NCBI GenBank assembly: GCA_036172245.1
Contig: JAYWIR010000010.1
Span: forward strand, 2,480,001 to 2,544,000
Source: Raillietiella orientalis
Taxonomy: Eukaryota
Direction of reading: 5' to 3'
DNA: 64,000 bases
Part shown: positions 62,647-64,000 of the stretch, piece after piece
Numbering within the stretch: position 1 is the stretch's first letter
Layout: every line of letters starts with the position of its first letter
Position numbers and translations under genes: made by a program
The notes under the pieces: model-generated
Databases searched by the model: none
Told to the model about the DNA's origin: nothing
The model's input: only the letters and a program-made list of their open reading frames with translations

Positions 62647-64000
62647 TCAGCTCTATACTTTCAGAACCTTTTTTTGTGTGTGTGTGTGTGGGGGGGGGTG
62701 CGTGCTGATTTTGACAAGTGAGCGACTTGGATCCTGTTTCGTAAGAACTTGACATAATCATTTTGATAGCAATTTGACGGAGGTGCCCTTTCCAGAGTGG
62801 CAGTCATTTTTTTTTTTTTTTTCCTTTACAAACGGCCATTTTTGGCAAAATGCAATTGCAGTAATAGGGGTTAGGGAGAAACGATTCTCAGTGGGAATAC
62901 TGCTTGAATGTATGAAATTTATTTTGTATACGAAAATGTAAAAAACACAAAAAAAAAAATTGTGAATGGCAATCAGAACCTTAATGAATTCATTTTTGAT
63001 GTCCGTCTTCACTTAATTCTGCTTCCGATCCTCTTTATGCATAAAAGTATTCATAAATTCTACGACTGCCACTTGGGTGATTTTTGCATCGATGGGGATG
63101 ACAAGTTGCAGCACAGGTGGAAAATATCCAAATAAGTACAGTACCATAAATTTGTAAACTACAAAGTACAAAGCGAAACATGCGTTGTGGGCAAATGTTT
63201 TGACTGCAGTTGTTTTGAAGAAAATCGAAATACAAGTTCTAACGACATAGTTGAAAAGGACAGCAACTTCATTCTCACAGCTCACGCTCTGGTAAAAATC
63301 CATTCAATTCATTACAGAAACTCAGCTGATTTCGGCCACTGAAGATTCTTCTTCAGAATTCTTCTTAGTATTTAAATTATATTCTAAGCACTCTAAATGC
63401 ATCGCTCTTCAGAAGCTATAATGACGAAGAGACCAACCTGCTCTGGCTTTCAGGAGAATCCAACGTATCTCCTGAATTCGAACGAAAGCTCAAGCAACTT
63501 CAAAAATGATTCTCATCTGGATTTCAATTTGTCGAATTCGTTTCACGCCTACTTCTCCTTATTCAACCTCGGTTCCACTTTATCTCCTGTTTCTCTTATC
63601 GTACTCATTCTTCGCTTGCCTATCTTCTTAAATTGCGAGTGTGCATCCACAGACTCTACAGATTATTTTTTTCAACGATGTTTGGAGAAAAAAGAGTGCC
63701 GGCACTCCAAGACTACGGCTCGAATCATCAAAAATCAGTGAATGATTGGATTATTCCGAATTCGGCTCCCAGCTGAGGGTGTGTTCATGCTTTATGAATT
63801 GAGATGTGATCCTTGTCAGAAGGCGATCCGCAAATAAAAAAAATCACACCGACTCTTTAGTCATGCTAGAAGGTGTGGCCCGTGCCCTGGTGCTGGAGTG
63901 CAAAAGTACCAAAGGTTCGAACCACGTCGGTCCGTGAACTTTAGGACGGTTGATTCAAACTGTAAAAGCTGCTATGCGCTTATTATGCAGGCGTAGGTGG

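Noticed and set aside
63860..63935. GGTTCGAACC B-box, possible tRNA
   Set aside because: No acceptor or anticodon stems; possibly a SINE remnant.

Overview
Animal (arthropod-like, inferred) nuclear DNA with strong composition steps, judged by eye: GC-rich 1-24 kb, intermediate 24-28 kb, AT-rich 28-48 kb. Four spliced host genes can be reconstructed: two tandem minus-strand MARVEL/CKLF-like tetraspan genes (4151-7872, 22177-26983), eIF3e (34999-37351; 9 exons, six 39-50 nt introns, one GC-AG) and an RDH11-14-like short-chain dehydrogenase (43664-45701). There is also an unassigned 279-aa ORF (61807-62646). Decayed eukaryotic TEs include a piggyBac with a nested RLE-type non-LTR fragment, a Tx1/L1-type 3' end and a second RLE fragment. 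The main feature is a ~12.3 kb, extremely AT-rich block (~48470-60812) of mollicute DNA read with UGA=Trp, most likely Spiroplasma. It holds a truncated HUH-Rep plectrovirus-like prophage back-to-back with a plasmid replicon (repeat-rich origin, Rep_3, ParA, RHH partner), PemK-like and Panacea toxin-antitoxin genes, an IS256 and part of a class II aldolase. Most recognisable bacterial genes carry stops or frameshifts while the host genes are intact. This suggests an old symbiont-to-host nuclear transfer, but a chimeric assembly cannot be excluded without reads. All family calls are by-eye motif recognition; no searches were run.
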